Below are positions 1 to 9,036 of a DNA stretch of 64,000 bases, in pieces (position 1 is the stretch's first letter; every line of letters starts with the position of its first letter). A program made the position numbers and the translations under genes. This stretch comes from a virus: positions 32,001 through 96,000 of the IMG/VR virus record IMGVR_UViG_3300046171_000314. One strand, 5' to 3'. A model generated the notes under the pieces. The model was given only the letters and a program-made list of their open reading frames with translations. It made no database searches and had not been told where the DNA came from.

Positions 1-156
1 GTCGATATTTCTGTTCTAATAGAACAACCACCAACGGAGGTCTCTTATTCTAGTGATGGGGCATACCTAAGGATAGGTTGGGATACACATGTTATTATGA
101 TGGGAAAGTACCCTTCTTGTGGGGTTAAGACTTATGTATCCAATAGAGCCAATTAA
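1..156 (+). CDS. 3' end of hypothetical protein (partial)
   Basis: Frame 1 open from window start to TAA at 154-156 (VDISVLIEQ...SNRAN). Confidence 0.5.
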   Translation, partial: VDISVLIEQPPTEVSYSSDGAYLRIGWDTHVIMMGKYPSCGVKTYVSNRAN

Positions 157-415
157 ACATATCAAAGGCGATGGGGATTGGAGCATCGAGAAACATCAAT
201 TCAAAATCCCATACCACCCAAAAAACAATGCAAAAGCAGATTGTGTTATTGGAGTTTGTCGTAGTCGAGGAATGGTTGTTGGGGTTATCGCAACAATTCG
301 AAAAATTGCCGCACCCTACAATGCTGATAAATATGAGTATGCTATTCAGTTAATATTGCACGAAATGATTATCCTTCATTTCTTTGGAAAAGAAGAAATC
401 GAGATTCCCTTCTGA
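134..415 (+). CDS. hypothetical protein
   Basis: ORF from ATG 134 overlapping upstream gene end. Confidence 0.55.
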   Translation: MYPIEPIKHIKGDGDWSIEKHQFKIPYHPKNNAKADCVIGVCRSRGMVVGVIATIRKIAAPYNADKYEYAIQLILHEMIILHFFGKEEIEIPF

Positions 416-494
416 ACTTCTAAAATAAGTTGAAGGAACTTTGTAAGTTCGATCAGCATCTTAGGGTTTATCTAAATACTTGAAAATACCCCTG

Positions 495-647
495 TTTCTA
501 AAACTACATCACAGTTTTAGAAATGTAAAAAAATTCGTGTTTTGTTTCAAAAACCCGACAATTATGTCAGACATAATTCAGGTTATTCCTCTATTATCTA
601 ACATTGAACACCGTTCAGTTTTTTATGTAACTTACATAAAAAAACGG
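495..647. repeat. cluster of near-perfect palindromes in AT-rich intergenic DNA
   Basis: TTTCTAAAACT-N7-AGTTTTAGAAA (495-523); AATTATGTC-A-GACATAATT (560-578); TTTTTTATGTAA-C-TTACATAAAAAA (619-643). Confidence 0.85.
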
Positions 648-832
648 CTTTCTTGGCAAGATGTGAAGTTCAAGTTCGTGCAATAATAAAGATTGTTTCT
701 AGGAAGATATGTTGCAACACTATAAAAATGAAAACGCTTCAAATGTTACGGACAAAACTTCGCAGCAATCGTGCTGTTTTTTGCGATGCTAATTTTTCTT
801 AATTTTTTGATGTCGTTTGGTGTTGAACTTTT

Positions 833-1270
833 ATGGGTAGGATAAGGAAACACAAGAGAGATGCTATGCCCCAAAAAGAGTTAATTTGTCAGTGCGGAGT
901 AAAGAGCCGAGCCTACTACAAGAAAGGTGCTCTTATCGTATATTGCGAACACTGTGGTGTCGGACACCCTCTTGCTTTCCCACCCTTTCAAGGGAAAACG
1001 TGTTTGACAGAGGAAGGAAAGGTTACTGCTTCTGAAGATATACCTAAAGGAGATCTTATAGAAAAATGCCCCTTACTTCCAATGCCAACCTCTCCTTTGG
1101 AAATAAGAAACAGTTTAGGGGAAAAAGTCGTTCCATTAGGATTGCTTCTTCGGTATGGAACATCAGAGCAAGGTAATGTAGTTCTGAAAGTCAAACAGAA
1201 ATTCATCTTTGTTTATGCCTTAGCCAATATTATGAAACACGAACCCCTAACTCTCAAGGAGAAGAAATGA
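833..1270 (+). CDS. Zn-ribbon + degenerate SET-domain protein
   Basis: N-terminal CQC/CEHC; ASEDIPKGDLIEKCP and ALANIMKHEPLT resemble SET motifs; NHS motif replaced by GTS. Confidence 0.55.
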   Translation: MGRIRKHKRDAMPQKELICQCGVKSRAYYKKGALIVYCEHCGVGHPLAFPPFQGKTCLTEEGKVTASEDIPKGDLIEKCPLLPMPTSPLEIRNSLGEKVVPLGLLLRYGTSEQGNVVLKVKQKFIFVYALANIMKHEPLTLKEKK

Positions 1271-1836
1271 ATGTAATCAATGCCCTCATAGAAAAATATA
1301 AAACCGAATCGTCCGTTCCCTTGCGGAATGACCAAAATATCTACAGTGACTTGATGATTTATCTTGAACCTGAAGAGGACTTTCAAGTTTTTAATAGGTG
1401 GGGCTTTGATATGGCGACAGAGTATAACTTTCAAGCATACAATGGTTTTGAAAACAAATACATTGCTCTTATTTCAGAAGATACTTTATACTCAAAACTT
1501 GTGACAGAGTTGTTAGAGAGAGGGTTGTTGATTGAGTATCTTGAAGGGTTCTCAAGGGATTGGACAACTGAATATTTTGATGATCACTTTGAAGAAGCCA
1601 CCTCTTACACAGAGGTCTATGAAAATGGAGAGGTGACTTTGAAAGGAACACAATCCGCTACAATTTCTTTTGATGATATTTTGAATGAGATAAAAGAAGA
1701 AAACCTTTTGAATTCCCTTTGTCGATTTCTTGATAAAGAAAGCCTCTGTCATTGGAGCAAAGGTTGGTATCAAGATTTGTCCTACACAAGAGAGGCTATT
1801 GATGACCCACGACAACTCAAACTATTCGTGAACTAG
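1267..1836 (+). CDS. hypothetical acidic protein
   Basis: 189 aa ORF, ATGA overlap with upstream gene. Confidence 0.75.
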   Translation: MNVINALIEKYKTESSVPLRNDQNIYSDLMIYLEPEEDFQVFNRWGFDMATEYNFQAYNGFENKYIALISEDTLYSKLVTELLERGLLIEYLEGFSRDWTTEYFDDHFEEATSYTEVYENGEVTLKGTQSATISFDDILNEIKEENLLNSLCRFLDKESLCHWSKGWYQDLSYTREAIDDPRQLKLFVN

Positions 1837-2297
1837 TTCTTAAAGCGATTGCTCTCACAGGTGTCACAAAGAGTTCTGTGCCACCCTTTGGTACGATGCA
1901 CACCTTGATTACACCCACAAGATTCACAAGTAGTGGAGGACAAGTCTTCGGCATCTGAGAAGATGTCTCGAATGTGGTCATCACCCCCATCAAAGTAAAG
2001 CCGAAGTGTTCCAAACTTTTCCTTCACTTGTGTGAATTCAGGATAGAAAAGTATCTTACTCTCGTCACGTCCTTCATTGACAACTATCTTGTGCCATTGA
2101 TCTATGGTCATAACAGGAACGCCTGCTTTCTCTTGTTCCTGTATGTATGTTTCCACTTTCTCACAGGCTTGATAGATAATGTCGAACCACCCATCATCGC
2201 AAGCACAGCCCCAACACATAGCGGTGTGAGTCATTGGCAAGTCTTTCTGTCGAAACATCTTGGGGAATCGATCATAAAGTTCTTGCTGTCTTTTCAT
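1833..2297 (-). CDS. conserved phage hypothetical protein with C-terminal Zn finger
   Basis: QVKEKFGTLRLY motif plus CESCG...TLCDTC. Confidence 0.75.
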   Translation of the reverse strand: MKRQQELYDRFPKMFRQKDLPMTHTAMCWGCACDDGWFDIIYQACEKVETYIQEQEKAGVPVMTIDQWHKIVVNEGRDESKILFYPEFTQVKEKFGTLRLYFDGGDDHIRDIFSDAEDLSSTTCESCGCNQGVHRTKGWHRTLCDTCESNRFKN

Positions 2298-2779
2298 TAT
2301 CTTTTCTCGCCATCAAGAAAAGGAATCACATCGAGGCAAAAATCCTTGTAAAGTCGTTCTTTTATATCGGCAAGCCCTGCTGATTGGATGGCAGGAGCAT
2401 AGTCACTTTTATGCGTTTCCTCGAAGAAACTCTTCGGTGCGGTTATCGGAGTGTACTTAGAAGGAGATTCCCCCTTTGCCAACGTGTAGGGGGAAGTTGC
2501 ATACCAAAACTCTAATCCTGCTTTGTCTGCAAAAAACTCTGTAAGCGTTCCCATGATAGTATTTTTAAATATATCTCTACACTTACTAATCGCATCCTCA
2601 ACTTTCTTATTGAGATAAAATTTGCGGATGCTTCCAAGTTCTGCTTCAAAGGCTTTGTCTTTCTTTTCAGAGAGGGCTTGAAACAACTCCCACGCTTGGA
2701 GCATAGATTCACGATCTTGTGCCTTACAAGCCCTTACCCAAAGTTCTTTAATCTTTCTTTTATGAGAGTTCGTTAGCAT
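2297..2779 (-). CDS. helical-leader family protein (putative virion protein)
   Basis: N-term HKRKIKELW..A...DRESMLQAWELFQAL shared with neighbours. Confidence 0.75.
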   Translation of the reverse strand: MLTNSHKRKIKELWVRACKAQDRESMLQAWELFQALSEKKDKAFEAELGSIRKFYLNKKVEDAISKCRDIFKNTIMGTLTEFFADKAGLEFWYATSPYTLAKGESPSKYTPITAPKSFFEETHKSDYAPAIQSAGLADIKERLYKDFCLDVIPFLDGEKR

Positions 2780-2782
2780 TAT

Positions 2783-3202
2783 CTAGTAGCCCCCATCTTT
2801 GTAGGGAATTTCTTCGTAAGCAAGGGCTTTATAGAGTTCGTCTACTTGTTTTATCATAGGGCTTTTTTTCATTTCTTTGGCAACCTGTGCGAACAGAAAA
2901 TCAATCGAGTCTTTATAGTTCTCACTATCATTCGGAAAAGCATCGTGAAACAACATTGCACTATCCTCAGTGTACTCTACAATTTCCTTTTTCATAATTT
3001 TAAGAACCGCCTGTTCAATATTGGATGCCCATTCAATGGCGGATTCATTTCTAATTCGTCTAAGTTTTTGTTCTAACTTTTTGTCAGTAGGATCAATGGC
3101 TTGAAACAACTCCCAAGCCTGAATGAGGTCAGCCCTATTTCGCTTTTCAAGCCCCTCTATCCAAAGAGATAGGAGTTTGTCTTTCTGATCTTTTGTTAGC
3201 AT
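2783..3202 (-). CDS. helical-leader family protein (putative virion protein)
   Basis: N-term QKDKLLSLW..G...NRADLIQAWELFQAI; C-term EIPYKDG resembles VIPFLDG of 2297-2779. Confidence 0.75.
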   Translation of the reverse strand: MLTKDQKDKLLSLWIEGLEKRNRADLIQAWELFQAIDPTDKKLEQKLRRIRNESAIEWASNIEQAVLKIMKKEIVEYTEDSAMLFHDAFPNDSENYKDSIDFLFAQVAKEMKKSPMIKQVDELYKALAYEEIPYKDGGY

Positions 3203-3226
3203 TGATATCTCCTGTATAAGGTTCTC

Positions 3227-3637
3227 TTACATATAAGGGGTCGGGATAATATCTCGAAAGAACCGTTTCTCTTCGTCTTTATTAAGGGCATCTATGAAAC
3301 GAGACATTTGTTGCGAAAACTTATCTGTTACTTCTTTTTTCATATGGGATTCTCGGTAATCGTGGTATCCGTACCAATTTCCTGCGATAACCATACTCCC
3401 CCAAGAGTCCCCATCAGGGTTTAGATAGAAGAGAGCCATCACAAGTTCTTTGTACTTTTTTTCCCACTTTGCCATCCAAGCATCCCAAATTTCAAAGGAT
3501 AGTTCGTGTATTTCTTCTAAGGTTAATCCATCTTTTCCAAGTGCTTGATTCAACTGCATAGCCTGTGAAGCAAGAGAGCGATCATTTTTTTTATAGGCAT
3601 CAAAGAACAACCTTTCGAGTTTCTTTTTATCTGACAT
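3227..3637 (-). CDS. helical-leader family protein (putative virion protein)
   Basis: Start MSDKKKLERLF...DRSLASQAMQLNQAL after GGAG RBS. Confidence 0.75.
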   Translation of the reverse strand: MSDKKKLERLFFDAYKKNDRSLASQAMQLNQALGKDGLTLEEIHELSFEIWDAWMAKWEKKYKELVMALFYLNPDGDSWGSMVIAGNWYGYHDYRESHMKKEVTDKFSQQMSRFIDALNKDEEKRFFRDIIPTPYM

Positions 3638-3672
3638 TTTTTTACTCCCGTAATAAACTACAAACCACATAG

Positions 3673-3687
3673 TATAGAAGGACTATT
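3673..3687 (-). promoter_or_regulatory. putative phage late promoter (RATAAT-N4-YTATA class)
   Basis: AATAGT-CCTT-CTATA upstream of the 3637/3202/2779 cluster. Confidence 0.6.
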
Positions 3688-3723
3688 GGTTGGTATAGTG
3701 TTTTCTAAAAAGAGGCTCACCAA

Positions 3724-3933
3724 ATGAAAGAGATACTGCAACAAAGACTGTCGGAACTAACGGATTGGAAAAGCAAAGAAAACACTTCTGCTGATGGAGA
3801 CTCCCTGCGGTGTTTGAGGAGTTTAACAGACACAAATGAAAATAACTATCGGAGAGTGCTCCCTCTCATTGTATTTTTTGGTATAGAACGTCAGGCTTAC
3901 GATTACTTACAGAATTCGATAAGGGGGTTGTAA
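3724..3933 (+). CDS. hypothetical protein
   Basis: GAGG RBS; TGGTATAGT upstream at 3691. Confidence 0.65.
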   Translation: MKEILQQRLSELTDWKSKENTSADGDSLRCLRSLTDTNENNYRRVLPLIVFFGIERQAYDYLQNSIRGL

Positions 3934-4226
3934 TGAGTGCTCATTGGTTTTACATACAGCAATGGTCAGCAAGAAGGTGGTCTTATGTGGATATGGAAAT
4001 GCCTTTCAAGGATGCCCATGACCTATTCAAGGCTTTGACAAATACCTTTTCAGAGGACTATTGCAAGCCTTTGGCTTTGGTACAACATCCTGAGGATAAA
4101 TCCATAGGGAAAGTTATTATGTCAGACGAAAATCTAAATGGTTGGGAAATCCTTATGTGTAATGGGCTGTACTCGAATGGTGGAAAAGACGAACCCCTGC
4201 TTGTAAAGAAGGTGCTTGATGGATAG
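3933..4226 (+). CDS. hypothetical protein
   Basis: TAATG coupling to upstream ORF. Confidence 0.65.
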   Translation: MSAHWFYIQQWSARRWSYVDMEMPFKDAHDLFKALTNTFSEDYCKPLALVQHPEDKSIGKVIMSDENLNGWEILMCNGLYSNGGKDEPLLVKKVLDG

Positions 4227-4345
4227 GTTTCGATACACCATTCATAATATGATTGGACACCCCCTAATGGAGATTTTTTCTTTGTTAGGAATGCACGAAA
4301 GAGCAACGTGGATTCACGATGTGACATTGCCAAAAGAGACCACCA

Positions 4346-4639
4346 ATGTCTAAGAGGATCATCTTGGGCAGATACTGCCCTGCTTGCGACCACACCTATT
4401 TCAGTAGGGCGAGGCACGACTTCTGTGCCTGCCCCTGTTGGCTTTCTAGTGGGAGAACAACAGGGGGCTACATTGATGGTGGTCGAGACTATGTAAAAGT
4501 TGGTGGAAAGGGAATTACGGTTCGCATAGAAATCTCACAATCGGACAAAGAATTAGAGGAAGATTGGCGAAGCGGAACAAACAAGTACGGTATCCTCAAA
4601 GGGTGTCAAGGAACACCGATACTTGGAGAGAAGAAATGA
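4346..4639 (+). CDS. small Zn-finger protein
   Basis: CPAC...HDFCACPC...IDGGRDY, common phage Zn-binding pattern. Confidence 0.65.
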   Translation: MSKRIILGRYCPACDHTYFSRARHDFCACPCWLSSGRTTGGYIDGGRDYVKVGGKGITVRIEISQSDKELEEDWRSGTNKYGILKGCQGTPILGEKK

Positions 4640-4932
4640 ACATAGATAGAGACCAACTGAGACAACTAGGTATGCAAAAGAGAAAGGTATATACCCTCCG
4701 AAAGAACCAAGAGGGTCTGTCTGCTATTTCAATCACAACCCCTCACATAGAACAAGTGCTTGCTTTATATTCAGAAAAACTATCTGCGGCTATGACGAGT
4801 GGTTGCTTTGTAGAACACGATTGTAAGATCGATCCTAAAAGATTGTTGGGAAAGACCATTATAAGAAAAATGACAATCACAACACAAGAGGGGGATACTT
4901 TTGAGTGGGTTCTCCTGTGTGAAGAAACCTAG
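4636..4932 (+). CDS. hypothetical protein
   Basis: GGAG RBS and ATGA overlap give start MNIDRD. Confidence 0.6.
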   Translation: MNIDRDQLRQLGMQKRKVYTLRKNQEGLSAISITTPHIEQVLALYSEKLSAAMTSGCFVEHDCKIDPKRLLGKTIIRKMTITTQEGDTFEWVLLCEET

Positions 4933-4979
4933 TTTTGATTCCTATAAATTATCCAAAATAAAATCAGAGATTGTTTTTC

Positions 4980-5561
4980 CTAAAAGAAATTGTTGATTGC
5001 TTTCGCAATGTATGCGATGTCTTTGCGATAATCTCCTGAAAGTTCACTCTTGGTTACGATATCGCCACCCTTTGCACCATCGTTGTATACCAACCAATCT
5101 GTATTTGGGTTCTCGTTAAGAGAAACTTGTTGCGAATCAAAGGGCTTGCCCCATTGATTCCTGTCTGCACCTTCTTCGTTCCATATCCGATACGCATGCT
5201 CAAAGTATTGAACTACCCACTTTCTTCCGAGAAGTTTAGCAATATCTTTGGCAACTTTATCCCAATTCGTTTCTATGCTGTCCCACCACATAATTATTTT
5301 CTTAACATCAAGTTCGAGTTCAAACTCCCCTTTCACATAAGCGGTGTCTCCTTTAACGACAACCTTAGTAGCCCCCATATACCCAAACCCATCTAAGATA
5401 TCGAGAAGAACAGAATCAATGCTTGCGTTCAAGTCTGCCTCATCTTCATATTCGATAGGATATGGTTTGAAGAATCCCGAACTTGCTTGCTTGTTGAGAA
5501 CATCTCTGATTTCATTGAGTTCTGCGAGTATTCGCTTTCGTGCTTGCTTAGATAATTTCAT
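4980..5561 (-). CDS. putative virion-internal protein with KQA-S leader
   Basis: MKLSKQARKRILAELNEIRDVLNKQAS leader; late motif at 5587-5601. Confidence 0.65.
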   Translation of the reverse strand: MKLSKQARKRILAELNEIRDVLNKQASSGFFKPYPIEYEDEADLNASIDSVLLDILDGFGYMGATKVVVKGDTAYVKGEFELELDVKKIIMWWDSIETNWDKVAKDIAKLLGRKWVVQYFEHAYRIWNEEGADRNQWGKPFDSQQVSLNENPNTDWLVYNDGAKGGDIVTKSELSGDYRKDIAYIAKAINNFF

Positions 5562-5586
5562 AGATACCTCTTTGTGGGTATATTTT

Positions 5587-5601
5587 TATAGGAAAATTAT
5601 T
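5587..5601 (-). promoter_or_regulatory. putative late promoter
   Basis: AATAAT-TTTC-CTATA. Confidence 0.65.
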
Positions 5602-5614
5602 GGGAGGAGAAGGA

Positions 5615-5905
5615 ATGTCTTTTACAGAGAAACAGAAAATGCTTATAGAGTTGTGTGTCCGAACTATACTTTGTAATCTATTAGAAAGAGAAGAAAGGGA
5701 TATAAATGATTTCACTGCGGGGCTGCACAACATAAACATAGGTTCTTTTGGAGAGAAAGGATTCAAGTTTGAGGATACCAATGATTGGGTTTCTTGTCTA
5801 CAAGACTTGCGTGATATAATCGCCATACTAGATCCTGTGTATCATCAACACACGATTGAAATGGGCGATAAGCCTGCCAAGTTAGAGGAAGAAGATGGCT
5901 CGTAA
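5615..5905 (+). CDS. hypothetical protein
   Basis: GGAGGAG RBS before MSFTEKQK. Confidence 0.65.
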   Translation: MSFTEKQKMLIELCVRTILCNLLEREERDINDFTAGLHNINIGSFGEKGFKFEDTNDWVSCLQDLRDIIAILDPVYHQHTIEMGDKPAKLEEEDGS

Positions 5906-6470
5906 AGTTTGGAAACGGAAAAAGGGTACAGACCTCAATGCAAAGTTAAACAACAGCCACCATCATACAGGGGCATTGACCGAGTGTTATTTCAGAGAAC
6001 TTGATGTACAACTCGTCAAGTTCATTGAAGAATCGGACAGTGTTGTTGGGTGCTTTGCTTGGCTCACAAATCAGAAGGTAATGAAAGCCCTTGTGGAAAA
6101 GCCCTGTTGTATGGTTCTCCAAAATGAATCTTGGCTCAATAAGAAAGGAGGTCTTGCTGTCAAGACACGCAATATGTACTCCGAACTCAGAGCAAGCAAA
6201 GATAAGTTCAAGGTCGATGGACAAGACATAGAAAAGGACATCTATGTTTGTGGGATGATTTCACACCCACAGAATATGCACCACAAGTTCGCTGTTCGTA
6301 TTGGGAAAGAGGGCACACCACAATCTGTTTGGACAGGCTCGTTCAATCCAACAACAAACGGAAACCAATCAATTGAAAATGCCCTCGTGATTCACAATGA
6401 GGAAGCGGCAAGGGCATACATACAAGAGTTCTTGCAAGTTCGAGATATCAGCAAACCCCTCAAAATCTAA
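5895..6470 (+). CDS. phospholipase D-family (HKD) nuclease-like protein
   Basis: AWLTN, MHHKFAV and VWTGSFNPT..NGNQSIEN motifs. Confidence 0.8.
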   Translation: MARKVWKRKKGTDLNAKLNNSHHHTGALTECYFRELDVQLVKFIEESDSVVGCFAWLTNQKVMKALVEKPCCMVLQNESWLNKKGGLAVKTRNMYSELRASKDKFKVDGQDIEKDIYVCGMISHPQNMHHKFAVRIGKEGTPQSVWTGSFNPTTNGNQSIENALVIHNEEAARAYIQEFLQVRDISKPLKI

Positions 6471-6973
6471 GAGTTGGGGTTCGGGTTCTCCGCCACCATC
6501 TTCTTGGCTATCTCTTTGAGTTTCTTTTCTTGCTGTTGCTCTCGGATAATAAGAAGGATCTCGTCTGTGTCTTTGTCGATCTCAACCAATGTTGTTTGGA
6601 TAGATTTTTCAACTCTATCAAGACCACTCTTTACATCATCTACGGTATCCCCAACCTCTGTTATTCGGATAATGGAGGATGACTCCATTCCCTCCAACCG
6701 TTGAACGGAATCGGTCAAGCCTTTGATGGCATCTTTGAGTTCTATCAAAAGAGTGTCTTTTTGGGTTTGGTATGTTTGTATGACTTTATCATACCTAGCC
6801 CTAATCATCTCTTCGTTGTCTTTATTATCCTTTCGCAACTTTTCAATACTTTCAAGAAACTTATCTTGCAGAGCATCCATCCGCTTTGTTCCTTGCAAGT
6901 AGTTCCAAATCATAAAAGCGAGGAACAGACCTGCCATTCCGTAATCAATTAATGCTGTGAACACTGAATCCAT
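6467..6973 (-). CDS. single-TM coiled-coil membrane protein, holin-like
   Basis: N-terminal TM (YGMAGLFLAFMIW) then coiled coil; late motif at 7004-7018. Confidence 0.5.
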   Translation of the reverse strand: MDSVFTALIDYGMAGLFLAFMIWNYLQGTKRMDALQDKFLESIEKLRKDNKDNEEMIRARYDKVIQTYQTQKDTLLIELKDAIKGLTDSVQRLEGMESSSIIRITEVGDTVDDVKSGLDRVEKSIQTTLVEIDKDTDEILLIIREQQQEKKLKEIAKKMVAENPNPNS

Positions 6974-7003
6974 AATGAACCTCCAATACATAGAGGTCAT
7001 CTA

Positions 7004-7018
7004 TATAAATAGATTATC
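7004..7018 (-). promoter_or_regulatory. putative late promoter
   Basis: GATAAT-CTAT-TTATA. Confidence 0.6.
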
Positions 7019-7122
7019 CACAATAACACGTACAAGAGCAAAGGGGAGTTTATACAAAGTTCGGTTATGGTCTATGGTTTGTGTTGAGAAATCTCAATCA
7101 ATATTTTTTTATATTTTGGTGA

Positions 7123-8047
7123 CTACCTTGCCAAGTCAATTTTTATAGCATCAGGAGCAATCTTTTTGGCGGCTTTCAGAACACCAATCACTGCATCATC
7201 ATACTCATATCCATAGGTCTTACAGAAAGCGAAGTCTTGTATTCCTTTTGAGAGATAAAAGTCTTCTCCAACATCTCCCAAAGAACCATTAAACAAAATA
7301 TAGTCATTTTTCAATTCGGGCTTGCCTTTTCCATTTCTGCCTCCAACCCAAAAGTCACCTCCATCAAAGGTGAGGATAGTCTTGGCTTCACGAAGAATTT
7401 TACTCCACTCTTTATCTGAGAAATCCCTACTCATATTCCAATAGTGCGTTCGACCTGCGGTGAGGTATCTTTGGGCAACACGATAAGAAGAAGGCTTCTT
7501 TGATGCCAATCGTATTTGAGGGGGCATTACTTGCACACCTCTCTGACTAATCTCAGGAGAAATCACACAAGCAGGTCTTCGAACCAAGTAGTTGGGGCCA
7601 CTTCTCATACCAAACCTTGTAAAACTGTTCCACAGACATAACACGAGTTGTTTCCATTGGGTTGGGCATATTCGGGTCTGCGATAGACACTTGTGTCAGG
7701 TCGTTAGACACAGAGTACACGACACTTGCGTGCGACCAATCACGACCTTCAGGGTTATAGGCAATGATTACAGGAAGCCCTCTGCTAGTCCATTCCTTCA
7801 ACTGCTCAATGTTGCAAGGGGCTGTCAGGGTGGCTCTCTTACCAAAGTGTTGTGTGGCGGCTACAACCTGCTCCCAAGTTGCCCCTTGCATAGGGCGAGC
7901 ACCCATCACTTTATTGACTTCTTCCTCTGTGAGATCCATACCAAGAGCATTAAGGCACATCATAAGCGAGCAAGGAACACAGGTATATTGGGTTCTTTGT
8001 CTTACAGGTGTCACCAAAGCCTCAGTTATGTAAGATTGAAATTCCAT
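7123..8047 (-). CDS. C39-like cysteine peptidase fused via RVAxxY tag to a second domain; one +1 frameshift near 7595
   Basis: RQRTQYTC (Q/C), WSHASVV (H), IADPN (D); removing one C from TGGCCCCAAC joins ORFs 7553-8140 and 7123-7644 (YEKWPNYLVRRPAC); 924 nt after correction. Confidence 0.75.
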
Positions 8048-8081
8048 AAAGCACCTCATATATTGTCTGTGGTGCGGATAA

Positions 8082-8096
8082 TATAAAGCAATTATT
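8082..8096 (-). promoter_or_regulatory. putative late promoter
   Basis: AATAAT-TGCT-TTATA. Confidence 0.6.
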
Positions 8097-8277
8097 GCAT
8101 TTCTTGGATCTGTACAATTGCTTCTGTTGTGCCTGCCCAAAATCCATTTATGTAGGCAAGTCGATAAATTTCCTCTTGAGATAGGTTAGGAGGCAATCTT
8201 TCTATATCTTTGGAGAAGTCCTTTCTCTTTAATGTTTTTCCTAGTTTTTCTCTTAGCAGACTAATGAATTTTTTCAT
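8092..8277 (-). CDS. hypothetical protein
   Basis: GGAGG RBS, 61 aa. Confidence 0.6.
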   Translation of the reverse strand: MKKFISLLREKLGKTLKRKDFSKDIERLPPNLSQEEIYRLAYINGFWAGTTEAIVQIQEMQ

Positions 8278-8303
8278 AATAACCCTCCGAAGTGGTCTTG
8301 AAC

Positions 8304-8669
8304 TTACCGACCACTTTCAAATTCTTGATCGAAAGCCTTGACTAGCAAAGGAGTCATATTCTCAATCCCTTTTAGAACCATCGTGTTTATGGCTGTGTAA
8401 ACCTTGTCTTTCAAAGAATCTTGTTCGAGAGGGCTTCCTTGAGAGATTGTTGAGAAAATGGCTAGATAAAGTTCTCTCTTAACCCCCTCATTCAACAGAG
8501 CACTTGCCACCTGCTCCATTCCTCCTGTGTCCCAATTTTCAAGAATGGTCTCATCTTCTTTTGTCTCAGGGTAGTGGTGTGTCATTATTCCCTTCTTTGT
8601 TTTACACACCTCGACACGAATATGGGCAAGAGCATATTCGTCGTGTACTCCGTGTTTTTTATCTAACAT
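8304..8669 (-). CDS. hypothetical protein
   Basis: GAGGTG RBS before MLDKKH. Confidence 0.65.
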   Translation of the reverse strand: MLDKKHGVHDEYALAHIRVEVCKTKKGIMTHHYPETKEDETILENWDTGGMEQVASALLNEGVKRELYLAIFSTISQGSPLEQDSLKDKVYTAINTMVLKGIENMTPLLVKAFDQEFESGR

Positions 8670-8717
8670 TTTATCACCTCTATTTTTATATGAACCACAA
8701 TACCCAACATAGGGTTG

Positions 8718-8732
8718 AATAATTTGCCTATA
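8718..8732 (+). promoter_or_regulatory. putative late promoter
   Basis: AATAAT-TTGC-CTATA, identical to 38013-38027. Confidence 0.7.
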
Positions 8733-8760
8733 CTTAAGGATTTGCAAAAACGGACAAGTA

Positions 8761-9015
8761 ATGACTCCTTCTGAAATAGCAGAAATCTCTAAGTATATGA
8801 CTATTTGGTTCAAGAAAACCCCGATGGGGTATTCTGATTTCAGGGAAGTTCCCACTAAATATGCTTTGGATATTTTTGATAAGATTAAGAAAGGCTCTGC
8901 CTACGATGTCGTTATTGATGAAGAGTTTGGAAAGGGGTTTTCGGAATACTTAAGAGAAGCAATGAAAACTATTGAAGAAATCCCAAAGCAGGCTTCTATT
9001 GATAAGTTTGGTTGA
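8761..9015 (+). CDS. hypothetical protein; possibly the N-terminus of the following in-frame ORF
   Basis: Same frame as 9037-11382, separated only by TGA 9013-9015; contains KQAS. Confidence 0.55.
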   Translation: MTPSEIAEISKYMTIWFKKTPMGYSDFREVPTKYALDIFDKIKKGSAYDVVIDEEFGKGFSEYLREAMKTIEEIPKQASIDKFG

Positions 9016-9036
9016 GGCGAGCAAGAACATCACGAG

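Noticed and set aside
480-686. 68-aa ORF in the palindrome region
   Set aside because: TTG start, no RBS, sequence dominated by inverted repeats
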